Positions 13,101-28,000 of a stretch of DNA of 55,195 bases are shown here, in pieces. Each line of letters begins with the position of its first letter. Position 1 is the first letter of the stretch. Under the pieces are notes generated by a model. That model did not search any database. It saw only the letters and a list, made by a program, of their open reading frames with translations, and was not told where the DNA came from. A program made the translations under genes and the position numbers. The stretch is from Raillietiella orientalis (lineage: Eukaryota): assembly GCA_036172245.1 (NCBI GenBank), contig JAYWIR010000157.1:1-55195 (forward strand), in the 5' to 3' direction.

Positions 13101-16100
13101 GCAATCTATTTTCACTTCCTGCATCCAAATAGAATCTTCAAAGTGCATCAAAAAAATTCCTCTCTTTTTTCTATTTCCAATGCGGTGTTTTCCCGCCAAA
13201 ACTCCGCACTTGCACTTAAATGACCATGGGCGGTTCCCGATGATTTCGGTCGCAATCGTGAGACATCAGAATGGTTGGAAGCAATCTATTCTCACTTCCT
13301 GCATCCAAATAGAATCTTCAGAGTGCATCAAAAAAATTCCTCGCTCTTTTCTATTTCCAATGCGGTGTTTTCCCTTTAAATCTCCGCACTTGCACGTAAA
13401 CGACCATGGCCGGTTCCCGATTATTTCGGTCGCAATCCTGAGACATCAGAATGGTTGTAAGCAATCTACTTTTACTTCCTGCATCCAAATAGAATCTTCA
13501 GAGTGCATCAAAAAAATTCCTAGCTCTTTTCTATTTCCAATGCGGTGTTCTCCCGCCAAATCTCCGCACTTGCACGTAAACGACCATGGCCGGTTCCCGA
13601 TGATTTCGGTGGCAATCCTGAGACATCAGAATGGTTGGAAGCAATCTACTTTCACTTCCTGCATTGAAATAGAATCTTCAAAGTGCATCAAAAAAACTCC
13701 TCTCTGTTTTCTATTTCCAATGATGTGTTTTCCCGCCAAATCTCCGCACTTTCACGTAAACGACCATGGGCGGTTCCCGATGATTTCGGTCGCAATCCTG
13801 AGACATCAGAATGGTTGGAAGCAATCTATTTCCACTTCCTGCATCCAAATAGAATTTTCAAAGTGCATCAAAAAAATTCCTTTCTCTTTTCTATTTCCAA
13901 TGCGGTGTTCTCCCGCCAAATCTCCGCACTTGCACGTAAACGACCATAGCCGGTTCCCGATGATTTCGGTCGCAATCCTGAGACATCAGAATGGTTGGAA
14001 TCAATCAACTTGCACTTCCTGCATCCAAATAGAATCTTCAAAGTGCATCAAAAAAATTCCTCTCTCTTTTCTATTTCCAATGCGGTGTTTTCCCGCCAAA
14101 TCTCCGCACTTGCACGTAAACGACCATGGCCGGTTCCCGATGATTTCGGTCGCAATCCTGAGACATCAGAATGGTTGGAAGCAATCTATTTTCACTTCCT
14201 GCATCCAAATAGAATCTTCAAAGTGCATCAAAAAAATTCCTCTCTTTTTTCTATTTTCAATGCGGTGTTTTCCCGCCAAAACTCCGCACTTGCACTTAAA
14301 TGACCATGGGCGGTTCCCGATGATTTCGGTCGCAATCCTGAGACATCAGAATGGTTGGAAGCAATCTACTTTCACTTCCTGCATCCAGATAGAATCTTCA
14401 AAGTGCATCAAAAAAATTCCTCTCTCTTTTCAATTTCCAATGCGATGTTTTCCCGCCAAATCTCCGCACTTGCACGTAAACGACCATGGCCGGTTCCCGA
14501 TTATTTCGGTCGCAATCCTGAGACATCAGAATGGTTGTAAGCAATCTACTTTTACTTCCTGCATCCAAATAGAAAATTCAGAGTGCATCAAAAAAATTCC
14601 TAGCTCTTTTCTATTTCCAATGCGGTGTTCTCCCGCCAAATCTCCGCACTTGCACGAAAATGACCATGGCCGGTTCCCGATGATTTCGGTCGCAATCCTG
14701 AGACATCAGAATGGTTGGAAGCAATCTACTTTCACTTCCTGCATCCAGATAGAATCTTCAAAGTGCATCAAAAAACTCCTCTCTCTTTTCTATTTCCAAT
14801 GCGGTGTTTTCCCGCCAAATCTCCGCACTTGCACGTAAACGACCATAGGCGGTTACAGATGATTTCGGTCGCAATCCTGAGACATCAGAATGGTTGGAAT
14901 CAATCAACTTGCACTTCCTGCATCCAAATAGAATCTTCAAAGTGCATCAAAAAAATTCCTCTCTCTTTTCTATTTCCAATGCGGTGTTTTCCCGCCAAAT
15001 CTCCGCACTTGCACGTAAACGACCATGGCCGGTTCCCGATGATTTCGGTCGCAATCCTGAGACATCAGAATGGTTGGAAGCAATCTATTTCCACTTCCTG
15101 CATCCAAATAGAATCTTCAAAGTGCATCAAAAAAATTCCTCTCTCTTTTCTATTTCCAATGCGGTGTTTTCCCGCCAAATCTCCGCACTTGCACGTAAAC
15201 GACCATGGGCGGTTCCCGATGATTTCGGTCGCAATCCTGAGACATCAGAATGGTTGGAAGCAATCTATTTTCACTTCCTGCATCCAAATAGAATCTTCAA
15301 AGTGCATCAAAAAAATTCCTCTCTTTTTTCTATTTCCAATGCGGTGTTTTCCCGCCAAATCTCCGCACTTGCACGTAAACGACCATGGGCGGTTCCCGAT
15401 GATTTCGGTCGCAATCCTGACACATCAGAATGGTTGGAATCAATCTACTTTCACTTCCTGCATCCAGATAGAATCTTCAAAGTGCATCAAAAAAACTCCT
15501 CTCTCTTTTCTATTTTCAATGCGGTGTTTTCCCGCCAAATCTCCGCACTTGCACGTAAACGACCATGGCCGGTTCCCGATGATTTCGGTCGCAATCCTGA
15601 GACATCAGAATGGTTGGAAGCAATCTATTTTCACTTCCTGCATCCAAATAGAATCTTCAAAGTGCATCAAAAAAATTCCTCTCTTTTTTCTATTTCCAAT
15701 GCGGTGTTTTCCCGCCAAAACTCCGCACTTGCACTTAAATGACCATGGGCGGTTCCCGATGATTTCGGTCGCAATCCTGAGACATCAGAATGGTTGGAAG
15801 CAATCTACTTTCACTTCCTGCATCCAGATAGAATCTTCAAAGTGCATCAAAAAAATTCCTCTCTCTTTCTATTTCCAATGCGGTGTTTTCCCGCCAAATC
15901 TCCGCACATGCACGTAAACGACCATGGCGGGTTCCCGATTATTTCGGTCGCAATCCTGAGAGATTAAAATGGTTCGCAACAATCTATTTTCACTTGCTGC
16001 ATCCAAATAGCATCTTCAAAGTGCATCAAAAAAATTCCTCTCTTTTTTCTATTTCCAATGCGGTGTTTTCCCCCCAAAACTCCGCACTTGCACGTAAACG

Positions 16101-19100
16101 ACCATGACCGGTTCCCGATGATTTCGGTCGCAATCGTGAGACATCAGAATGGTTGTAAGGAATCTACTTTTACTTCCTGCATCCAAATAGAATCTTCAAA
16201 GTGCATCAAAAAAATTCCTCTCTCTTTTCTATTTCCAATGCGGTGTTTTCCCGCCAAATCTCCGCACTTGCACGTAAACGACCATGGGCGGTTCCCGATG
16301 ATTTCGGTCGCAATCCTGACACATCAGAATGGTTGGAATCAATCAACTTTCACTTCCTGCATCCAGATAGAATCTTCAAAGTGCATCAAAAACACTCCTC
16401 TCTCTTTTCTATTTTCAATGCAGTGTTTTCCCGCCAAATCTCCGCACTTGCACGTAAACGACCATGGCCGGTTCCCGATGATTTCGGTCGCAATCCTGAG
16501 ACATCAGAATGGTTGGAAGCAATCTATTTTCACTTCCTGCATCCAAATAGAATCTTCAAAGTGCATCAAAAAAATTCCTCTCTTTTTTCTATTTCCAATG
16601 CGGTGTTTTCCCGCCAAAACTCCGCACTTGCACTTAAATGACCATGGGCGGTTCCCGATGATTTCGGTCGCAATCGTGAGACATCAGAATGGTTGGAAGC
16701 AATCTACTTTCACTTCCTGCATCCAGATAGAATCTTCAAAGTGCATCAAGAAAATTCCTCTCTCTTTTCTATTTCCAATGCGGTGTTTTCCCGCCAAATC
16801 TCCGCACATGCACGTAAACGACCATGGCCGGTTCCCGATTATTTCGGTCGCAATCCTGAGAGATTAAAATGGTTCGCAACAATCTATTTTCACTTCCTGC
16901 ATCCAAATAGCATCTTCGAAGTGCATCAAAAAAATTCCTGTCTTTTTTCTATTTCCAATGCGGTGTTTTCCCGCCAAAACTCCGCACTTGCACTTAAATG
17001 ACCATGGGCGGTTCCCGATGATTTCGGTCGCAATCCTGAGACATCAGAATGGTTGGAAGCAATCTATTTCCACTTCCTCCATCCAAATAGAATCTTCAAA
17101 GTGCATCAAAAAAATTCCTCTCTCTTTTCTATTTCCAATGCGGTGTTTTCCCGCCAAATCTCCGCACTTGCACGTAAACGACCATGGCCGGTTCCCGATT
17201 ATTTCGGTCGCAATCGTGAGACATCAGAATGGATGTAAGCAATCTACTTTTACTTCCTGCATCCAAATAGAATCTTCAAAGTGCATCAAAAACACTGCTC
17301 TCTCTTTTCTATTTCCAATGCGGTGTTTTCCCGCCAAAACTCCGCACTTGCACTTAAATGACCATTGGGCGGTTCACAATGATTTCGGTCGCAATCCTGA
17401 GACATCAGAATGGTTGGAAGCAATCTACTTTCACTTCCTGCATCCAGATAGAATCTTCAAAGTGCATCAAAAACACTCCTCTCTCTTTTCTATTTTCAAT
17501 GCAGTGTTTTCCCGCCAAATCTCCGCACTTGCACGTAAACGACCATGGCCGGTTCCCGATGATTTCGGTCGCAATCCTGAGACATCAGAATGGTTGGAAG
17601 CAATCTACTTTCACTTCCTGCATCCAGATAGAATCTTCAAAGTGCATCAAAAACACTCCTCTCTCTTTCTATTTCCAATTCGGTGTTTTCCCGCCAAATC
17701 TCCGCACTTGCACGTAAACGACCATGGCCGGTTCCCGATTATTTCGGTCGCAATCCTGAGAGATTAAAATGGTTCGCAACAATCTATTTTCACTTGCTGC
17801 ATCCAAATAGCATCTTCAAAGTGCATCAAAAAAATTCCTCTCTTTTTTCTATTTCCAATGCGGTCTTTTCCCGCCAAATCTCCGCACTTGCACGTAAACG
17901 ACCATGGCCGGTTCCCGATGATTTCGGTCGCAATCGTGAGACATCAGAATGGTTGTAAGGAATCTACTTTTAGTTCCTGCATCCAGATAGAATCTTCAAA
18001 GTGCATCAAAAAGACTCCTCTCTCTTTTCTATTTCCAATGCGGTGTTTTCCCGCCAAATCTCCGCACTTGCACGTAAACGACCATAGGCGGTTACAGATG
18101 ATTTCGGTCGCAATCCTGAGACATCAGAATGGTTGGAATCAATCAACTTGCACTTCCTGCATCCAAATAGAATCTTCAAAGTGCATCAAAAAAATTCCTC
18201 TCTCTTTTCTATTTCCAATGCGGTGTTTTCCCGCCAAATCTCCGCACTTGCACGTAAACGACCATGGGCGGTTCCCGATGATTTCGGTCGCAATCCTGAC
18301 ACATCAGAATGGTTGGAATCAATCAACTTTCACTTCCTGCATCCAGATAGAATCTTCAAAGTGCATCAAAAAAACTCCTCTCTTTTTTCTATTTTCAATG
18401 CGGTGTTTTCCCGCCAAATCTCCGCACTTGCACGTAAACGACCATGGCCGGTTCCCGATGATTTCGGTCGCAATCCTGAGACATCAGAATGGTTGGAAGC
18501 AATCTATTTTCACTTCCTGCATCCAAATAGAATCTTCAAAGTGCATCAAAAAAATTCCTCTCTTTTTTCTATTTCCAATGCGGTGTTTTCCCGCCAAAAC
18601 TCCGCACTTGCACTTAAATGACCATGGGCGGTTCCCGATGATTTCGGTCGCAATCGTGAGACATCAGAATGGTTGGAAGCAATCTATTCTCACTTCCTGC
18701 ATCCAAATAGAATCTTCAGAGTGCATCAAAAAAATTCCTCGCTCTTTTCTATTTCCAATGCGGTGTTTTCCCTTTAAATCTCCGCACTTGCACGTAAACG
18801 ACCATGGCCGGTTCCCGATTATTTCGGTCGCAATCCTGAGACATCAGAATGGTTGTAAGCAATCTACTTTTACTTCCTGCATCCAAATAGAATCTTCAGA
18901 GTGCATCAAAAAAATTCCTAGCTCTTTTCTATTTCCAATGCGGTGTTCTCCCGCCAAATCTCCGCACTTGCACGTAAACGACCATGGCCGGTTCCCGATG
19001 ATTTCGGTGGCAATCCTGAGACATCAGAATGGTTGGAAGCAATCTACTTTCACTTCCTGCATTGAAATAGAATCTTCAAAGTGCATCAAAAAAACTCCTC

Positions 19101-22100
19101 TCTGTTTTCTATTTCCAATGATGTGTTTTCCCGCCAAATCTCCGCACTTTCACGTAAACGACCATGGGCGGTTCCCGATGATTTCGGTCGCAATCCTGAG
19201 ACATCAGAATGGTTGGAAGCAATCTATTTCCACTTCCTGCATCCAAATAGAATTTTCAAAGTGCATCAAAAAAATTCCTTTCTCTTTTCTATTTCCAATG
19301 CGGTGTTCTCCCGCCAAATCTCCGCACTTGCACGTAAACGACCATAGCCGGTTCCCGATGATTTCGGTGGCAATCCTGAGACATCAGAATGGTTGGAAGC
19401 AATCTACTTTCACTTCCTGCATCCAAATAGAATCTTCAAAGTGCATCAAAAAAATTCCTCTCTCTTTTCTATTTCCAATGCGGTGTTTTCCCGCCAAATC
19501 TCCGCACTTGCACGTAAACGACCATGGCCGGTTCCCGATGATTTCGGTCGCAATCCTGAGACATCAGAATGGTTGGAAGCAATCTATTTTCACTTCCTGC
19601 ATCCAAATAGAATCTTCAAAGTGCATCAAAAAAATTCCTCTCTTTTTTCTATTTTCAATGCGGTGTTTTCCCGCCAAAACTCCGCACTTGCACTTAAATG
19701 ACCATGGGCGGTTCCCGATGATTTCGGTCGCAATCCTGAGACATCAGAATGGTTGGAAGCAATCTACTTTCACTTCCTGCATCCAGATAGAATCTTCAAA
19801 GTGCATCAAAAAAATTCCTCTCTCTTTTCAATTTCCAATGCGATGTTTTCCCGCCAAATCTCCGCACTTGCACGTAAACGACCATGGCCGGTTCCCGATT
19901 ATTTCGGTCGCAATCCTGAGACATCAGAATGGTTGTAAGCAATCTACTTTTACTTCCTGCATCCAAATAGAAAATTCAGAGTGCATCAAAAAAATTCCTA
20001 GCTCTTTTCTATTTCCAATGCGGTGTTCTCCCGCCAAATCTCCGCACTTGCACGAAAATGACCATGGCCGGTTCCCGATGATTTCGGTCGCAATCCTGAG
20101 ACATCAGAATGGTTGGAAGCAATCTACTTTCACTTCCTGCATCCAGATAGAATCTTCAAAGTGCATCAAAAAACTCCTCTCTCTTTTCTATTTCCAATGC
20201 GGTGTTTTCCCGCCAAATCTCCGCACTTGCACGTAAACGACCATAGGCGGTTACAGATGATTTCGGTCGCAATCCTGAGACATCAGAATGGTTGGAATCA
20301 ATCAACTTGCACTTCCTGCATCCAAATAGAATCTTCAAAGTGCATCAAAAAAATTCCTCTCTCTTTTCTATTTCCAATGCGGTGTTTTCCCGCCAAATCT
20401 CCGCACTTGCACGTAAACGACCATGGCCGGTTCCCGATGATTTCGGTCGCAATCCTGAGACAACAGAATGGTTGGAAGCAATCTATTTCTACTTCCTGCA
20501 TCCAAATAGCATCTTCAAAGTGCATCAAAAAAATTCCTCTCTTTTTCCTATTTCCAATGCGGTGTTTTCCCGCCAAATCTCCGCACTTGCACGTAAACGA
20601 CCATGGCCGGTTCCCGATGATTTCGGTCGCAATCGTGAGACATCAGAATGGTTGTAAGGAATCTACTTTTACTTCCTGCATCCAGATAGAATCTTCAAAG
20701 TGCATCAAAAAAACTGCTCTCTCTTTTCTATTTCCAATGCGGTGTTTTCCCGCCAAATCTCCGCACTTGCACGTAAACGACCATAGGCGGTTACAGATGA
20801 TTTCGGTCGCAATCGTGAGACATCAGAATGGTTGGAAGCAATCTATTTTCACTTCCTGCATCCAAATAGAATCTTCAAAGTGCATCAAAAAAATTCCTCT
20901 CTTTTTTCTATTTCCAATGCGGTGTTTTCCCGCCAAATCTCCGCACTTGCACGTAAACGACCATGGGCGGTTCCCGATGATTTCGGTCGCAATCCTGACA
21001 CATCAGAATGGTTGGAATCAATCTACTTTCACTTCCTGCATCCAGATAGAATCTTCAAAGTGCATCAAAAAAACTCCTCTCTCTTTTCTATTTTCAATGC
21101 GGTGTTTTCCCGCCAAATCTCCGCACTTGCACGTAAACGACCATGGCCGGTTCCCGATGATTTCGGTCGCAATCCTGAGACATCAGAATGGTTGGAAGCA
21201 ATCTATTTTCACTTCCTGCATCCAAATAGAATCTTCAAAGTGCATCAAAAAAATTCCTCTCTTTTTTCTATTTCCAATGCGGTGTTTTCCCGCCAAAACT
21301 CCGCACTTGCACTTAAATGACCATGGGCGGTTCCCGATGATTTCGGTCGCAATCCTGAGACATCAGAATGGTTGGAAGCAATCTACTTTCACTTCCTGCA
21401 TCCAGATAGAATCTTCAAAGTGCATCAAAAAAATTCCTCTCTCTTTCTATTTCCAATGCGGTGTTTTCCCGCCAAATCTCCGCACATGCACGTAAACGAC
21501 CATGGCGGGTTCCCGATTATTTCGGTCGCAATCCTGAGAGATTAAAATGGTTCGCAACAATCTATTTTCACTTGCTGCATCCAAATAGCATCTTCAAAGT
21601 GCATCAAAAAAATTCCTCTCTTTTTTCTATTTCCAATGCGGTGTTTTCCCCCCAAAACTCCGCACTTGCACGTAAACGACCATGACCGGTTCCCGATGAT
21701 TTCGGTCGCAATCGTGAGACATCAGAATGGTTGTAAGGAATCTACTTTTACTTCCTGCATCCAAATAGAATCTTCAAAGTGCATCAAAAAAATTCCTCTC
21801 TCTTTTCTATTTCCAATGCGGTGTTTTCCCGCCAAATCTCCGCACTTGCACGTAAACGACCATGGGCGGTTCCCGATGATTTCGGTCGCAATCCTGACAC
21901 ATCAGAATGGTTGGAATCAATCAACTTTCACTTCCTGCATCCAGATAGAATCTTCAAAGTGCATCAAAAACACTCCTCTCTCTTTTCTATTTTCAATGCA
22001 GTGTTTTCCCGCCAAATCTCCGCACTTGCACGTAAACGACCATGGCCGGTTCCCGATGATTTCGGTCGCAATCCTGAGACATCAGAATGGTTGGAAGCAA

Positions 22101-25000
22101 TCTATTTTCACTTCCTGCATCCAAATAGAATCTTCAAAGTGCATCAAAAAAATTCCTCTCTTTTTTCTATTTCCAATGCGGTGTTTTCCCGCCAAAACTC
22201 CGCACTTGCACTTAAATGACCATGGGCGGTTCCCGATGATTTCGGTCGCAATCGTGAGACATCAGAATGGTTGGAAGCAATCTACTTTCACTTCCTGCAT
22301 CCAGATAGAATCTTCAAAGTGCATCAAGAAAATTCCTCTCTCTTTTCTATTTCCAATGCGGTGTTTTCCCGCCAAATCTCCGCACATGCACGTAAACGAC
22401 CATGGCCGGTTCCCGATTATTTCGGTCGCAATCCTGAGAGATTAAAATGGTTCGCAACAATCTATTTTCACTTCCTGCATCCAAATAGCATCTTCGAAGT
22501 GCATCAAAAAAATTCCTGTCTTTTTTCTATTTCCAATGCGGTGTTTTCCCGCCAAAACTCCGCACTTGCACTTAAATGACCATGGGCGTTTACCGATCAT
22601 GCTCGCAATCCTGAGACATCAGAATGGTTGGAAGCAATCTATTTCCACTTCCTCCATCCAAATAGAATCTTCAAAGTGCATCAAAAAAATTCCTCTCTCT
22701 TTTCTATTTCCAATGCGGTGTTTTCCCGCCAAATCTCCGCACTTGCACGTAAACGACCATGGCCGGTTCCCGATTATTTCGGTCGCAATCGTGAGACATC
22801 AGAATGGATGTAAGCAATCTACTTTTACTTCCTGCATCCAAATAGAATCTTCAAAGTGCATCAAAAACACTGCTCTCTCTTTTCTATTTCCAATGCGGTG
22901 TTTTCCCGCCAAAACTCCGCACTTGCACTTAAATGACCATTGGGCGGTTCACAATGATTTCGGTCGCAATCCTGAGACATCAGAATGGTTGGAAGCAATC
23001 TACTTTCACTTCCTGCATCCAGATAGAATCTTCAAAGTGCATCAAAAACACTCCTCTCTCTTTTCTATTTTCAATGCAGTGTTTTCCCGCCAAATCTCCG
23101 CACTTGCACGTAAACGACCATGGCCGGTTCCCGATGATTTCGGTCGCAATCCTGAGACATCAGAATGGTTGGAAGCAATCTACTTTCACTTCCTGCATCC
23201 AGATAGAATCTTCAAAGTGCATCAAAAACACTCCTCTCTCTTTCTATTTCCAATTCGGTGTTTTCCCGCCAAATCTCCGCACTTGCACGTAAACGACCAT
23301 GGCCGGTTCCCGATTATTTCGGTCGCAATCCTGAGAGATTAAAATGGTTCGCAACAATCTATTTTCACTTGCTGCATCCAAATAGCATCTTCAAAGTGCA
23401 TCAAAAAAATTCCTCTCTTTTTTCTATTTCCAATGCGGTGTTTTCCCGCCAAATCTCCGCACTTGCACGTAAACGACCATGGCCGGTTCCCGATGATTTC
23501 GGTCGCAATCGTGAGACATCAGAATGGTTGTAAGGAATCTACTTTTACTTCCTGCATCCAGATAGAATCTTCAAAGTGCATCAAAAAGACTCCTCTCTCT
23601 TTTCTATTTCCAATGCGGTGTTTTCCCGCCAAATCTCCGCACTTGCACGTAAACGACCATAGGCGGTTACAGATGATTTCGGTCGCAATCCTGAGACATC
23701 AGAATGGTTGGAATCAATCAACTTGCACTTCCTGCATCCAAATAGAATCTTCAAAGTGCATCAAAAAAATTCCTCTCTCTTTTCTATTTCCAATGCGGTG
23801 TTTTCCCGCCAAATCTCCGCACTTGCACGTAAACGACCATGGGCGGTTCCCGATGATTTCGGTCGCAATCCTGACACATCAGAATGGTTGGAATCAATCA
23901 ACTTTCACTTCCTGCATCCAAATAGAATCTTCAAAGTGCATCAAAAAAATTCCTCTCTTTTTTCTATTTCCAATGCGGTGTTTTCCCGCCAAAACTCCGC
24001 ACTTGCACTTAAATGACCATGGCCGGTTCCCGATGATTTCGGTCGCAATCGTGAGACATCAGAATGGTTGGAAGCAATCTATTTTCACTTCCTGCATCCA
24101 AATAGAATCTTCAAAGTGCATCAAAAAAATTCCTCTCTTTTTTCTATTTCCAATGCGGTGTTTTCCCGCCAAAACTCCGCACTTGCACTTAAATGACCAT
24201 GGGCGGTTCCCGATGATTTCGGTCGCAATCGTGAGACATCAGAATGGTTGGAAGCAATCTATTTTCACTTCCTGCATCCAAATAGAATCTTCAGAGTGCA
24301 TCAAAAAAATTCCTCGCTCTTTTCTATTTCCAATGCGGTGTTTTCCCTTTAAATCTCCGCACTTGCACGTAAACGACCATGGCCGGTTCCCGATTATTTC
24401 GGTCGCAATCCTGAGACATCAGAATGGTTGTAAGCAATCTACTTTTACTTCCTGCATCCAAATAGAATCTTCAGAGTGCATCAAAAAAATTCCTAGCTCT
24501 TTTCTATTTCCAATGCGGTGTTCTCCCGCCAAATCTCCGCACTTGCACGTAAACGACCATGGCCGGTTCCCGATGATTTCGGTGGCAATCCTGAGACATC
24601 AGAATGGTTGGAAGCAATCTACTTTCACTTCCTGCATTGAAATAGAATCTTCAAAGTGCATCAAAAAAACTCCTCTCTGTTTTCTATTTCCAATGATGTG
24701 TTTTCCCGCCAAATCTCCGCACTTTCACGTAAACGACCATGGGCGGTTCCCGATGATTTCGGTCGCAATCCTGAGACATCAGAATGGTTGGAAGCAATCT
24801 ATTTCCACTTCCTGCATCCAAATAGAATTTTCAAAGTGCATCAAAAAAATTCCTTTCTCTTTTCTATTTCCAATGCGGTGTTCTCCCGCCAAATCTCCGC
24901 ACTTGCACGTAAACGACCATAGCCGGTTCCCGATGATTTCGGTGGCAATCCTGAGACATCAGAATGGTTGGAAGCAATCTACTTGCACTTCCTGCATCCA
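10140..25000. repeat. 30/31-monomer higher-order repeat (5398 then 5578 bp), nearly three copies; boundaries approximate
   Basis: Identical ORFs at 10485, 15883 and 21461. 792-aa ORFs at 12460 and 17858 (offset 5398). Private markers ATGGATGTAA (~11831, 17229, 22804), CCTTTAAATC (~13373, 18771, 24346) and GCATTGAAAT (~13661, 19059, 24634) recur once per unit. Confidence 0.9.
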
Positions 25001-28000
25001 AATAGAATCTTCAAAGTGCATCAAAAAAACTCCTCTCTCTTTTCTATTTCCAATGCGGTGTTTTCCCGCCAAATCTCCGCACTTGCACGTAAACGACCAT
25101 GGGCGGTTCCCGATGATTTCGGTCGCAATCCTGAGACATCAGAATGGTTGGAAGCAATCTATTTCCACTTCCTGCATCCAAATAGAATTTTCAAAGTGCA
25201 TCAAAAAAATTCCTTTCTCTTTTCTATTTCCAATGCGGTGTTCTCCCGCCAAATCTCCGCACTTGCACGTAAACGACCATAGCCGGTTCCCGATGATTTC
25301 GGTGGCAATCCTGAGACATCAGAATGGTTGGAAGCAATCTACTTTCACTTCCTGCATCCAGATAGAATCTTCAAAGTGCATCAAAAAACTCCTCTCTCTT
25401 TTCTATTTCCAATGCGGTGTTTTCCCGCCAAATCTCCGCACTTGCACGTAAACGACCATAGGCGGTTACAGATGATTTCGGTCGCAATCCTGAGACATCA
25501 GAATGGTTGGAATCAATCAACTTGCACTTCCTGCATCCAAATAGAATCTTCAAAGTGCATCAAAAAAATTCCTCTCTCTTTTCTATTTCCAATGCGGTGT
25601 TTTCCCGCCAAATCTCCGCACTTGCACGTAAACGACCATGGCCGGTTCCCGATGATTTCGGTCGCAATCCTGAGACATCAGAATGGTTGGAAGCAATCTA
25701 TTTTCACTTCCTGCATCCAAATAGAATCTTCAAAGTGCATCAAAAAAATTCCTCTCTTTTTTCTATTTTCAATGCGGTGTTTTCCCGCCAAAACTCCGCA
25801 CTTGCACTTAAATGACCATGGGCGGTTCCCGATGATTTCGGTCGCAATCCTGAGACATCAGAATGGTTGGAAGCAATCTACTTTCACTTCCTGCATCCAG
25901 ATAGAATCTTCAAAGTGCATCAAAAAACTCCTCTCTCTTTTCAATTTCCAATGCGATGTTTTCCCGCCAAATCTCCGCACTTGCACGTAAACGACCATGG
26001 CCGGTTCCCGATTATTTCGGTCGCAATCCTGAGACATCAGAATGGTTGTAAGCAATCTACTTTTACTTCCTGCATCCAAATAGAAAATTCAGAGTGCATC
26101 AAAAAAATTCCTAGCTCTTTTCTATTTCCAATGCGGTGTTCTCCCGCCAAATCTCCGCACTTGCACGAAAATGACCATGGCCGGTTCCCGATGATTTCGG
26201 TCGCAATCCTGAGACATCAGAATGGTTGGAAGCAATCTACTTTCACTTCCTGCATCCAGATAGAATCTTCAAAGTGCATCAAAAAACTCCTCTCTCTTTT
26301 CTATTTCCAATGCGGTGTTTTCCCGCCAAATCTCCGCACTTGCACGTAAACGACCATAGGCGGTTACAGATGATTTCGGTCGCAATCCTGAGACATCAGA
26401 ATGGTTGGAATCAATCAACTTGCACTTCCTGCATCCAAATAGAATCTTCAAAGTGCATCAAAAAAATTCCTCTCTCTTTTCTATTTCCAATGCGGTGTTT
26501 TCCCGCCAAATCTCCGCACTTGCACGTAAACGACCATGGCCGGTTCCCGATGATTTCGGTCGCAATCCTGAGACATCAGAATGGTTGGAAGCAATCTATT
26601 TCCACTTCCTGCATCCAAATAGAATTTTCAAAGTGCATCAAAAAAATTCCTTTCTCTTTTCTATTTCCAATGCGGTGTTCTCCCGCCAAATCTCCGCACT
26701 TGCACGTAAACGACCATAGCCGGTTCCCGATGATTTCGGTGGCAATCCTGAGACATCAGAATGGTTGGAAGCAATCTACTTTCACTTCCTGCATCCAGAT
26801 AGAATCTTCAAAGTGCATCAAAAAACTCCTCTCTCTTTTCTATTTCCAATGCGGTGTTTTCCCGCCAAATCTCCGCACTTGCACGTAAACGACCATAGGC
26901 GGTTACAGATGATTTCGGTCGCAATCCTGAGACATCAGAATGGTTGGAATCAATCAACTTGCACTTCCTGCATCCAAATAGAATCTTCAAAGTGCATCAA
27001 AAAAATTCCTCTCTCTTTTCTATTTCCAATGCGGTGTTTTCCCGCCAAATCTCCGCACTTGCACGTAAACGACCATGGCCGGTTCCCGATGATTTCGGTC
27101 GCAATCCTGAGACATCAGAATGGTTGGAAGCAATCTATTTTCACTTCCTGCATCCAAATAGAATTTTCAAAGTGCATCAAAAAAATTCCTTTCTCTTTTC
27201 TATTTCCAATGCGGTGTTCTCCCGCCAAATCTCCGCACTTGCACGTAAACGACCATAGCCGGTTCCCGATGATTTCGGTGGCAATCCTGAGACATCAGAA
27301 TGGTTGGAAGCAATCTACTTTCACTTCCTGCATCCAGATAGAATCTTCAAAGTGCATCAAAAAAACTCCTCTCTCTTTTCTATTTCCAATGCGGTGTTTT
27401 CCCGCCAAATCTCCGCACTTGCACGTAAACGACCATAGGCGGTTACAGATGATTTCGGTCGCAATCCTGAGACATCAGAATGGTTGGAATCAATCAACTT
27501 GCACTTCCTGCATCCAAATAGAATCTTCAAAGTGCATCAAAAAAATTCCTCTCTCTTTTCTATTTCCAATGCGGTGTTTTCCCGCCAAATCTCCGCACTT
27601 GCACGTAAACGACCATGGCCGGTTCCCGATGATTTCGGTCGCAATCCTGAGACATCAGAATGGTTGGAAGCAATCTATTTTCACTTCCTGCATCCAAATA
27701 GAATCTTCAAAGTGCATCAAAAAAATTCCTCTCTTTTTTCTATTTTCAATGCGGTGTTTTCCCGCCAAAACTCCGCACTTGCACTTAAATGACCATGGGC
27801 GGTTCCCGATGATTTCGGTCGCAATCCTGAGACATCAGAATGGTTGGAAGCAATCTACTTTCACTTCCTGCATCCAGATAGAATCTTCAAAGTGCATCAA
27901 AAAAATTCCTCTCTCTTTTCAATTTCCAATGCGATGTTTTCCCGCCAAATCTCCGCACTTGCACGTAAACGACCATGGCCGGTTCCCGATTATTTCGGTC

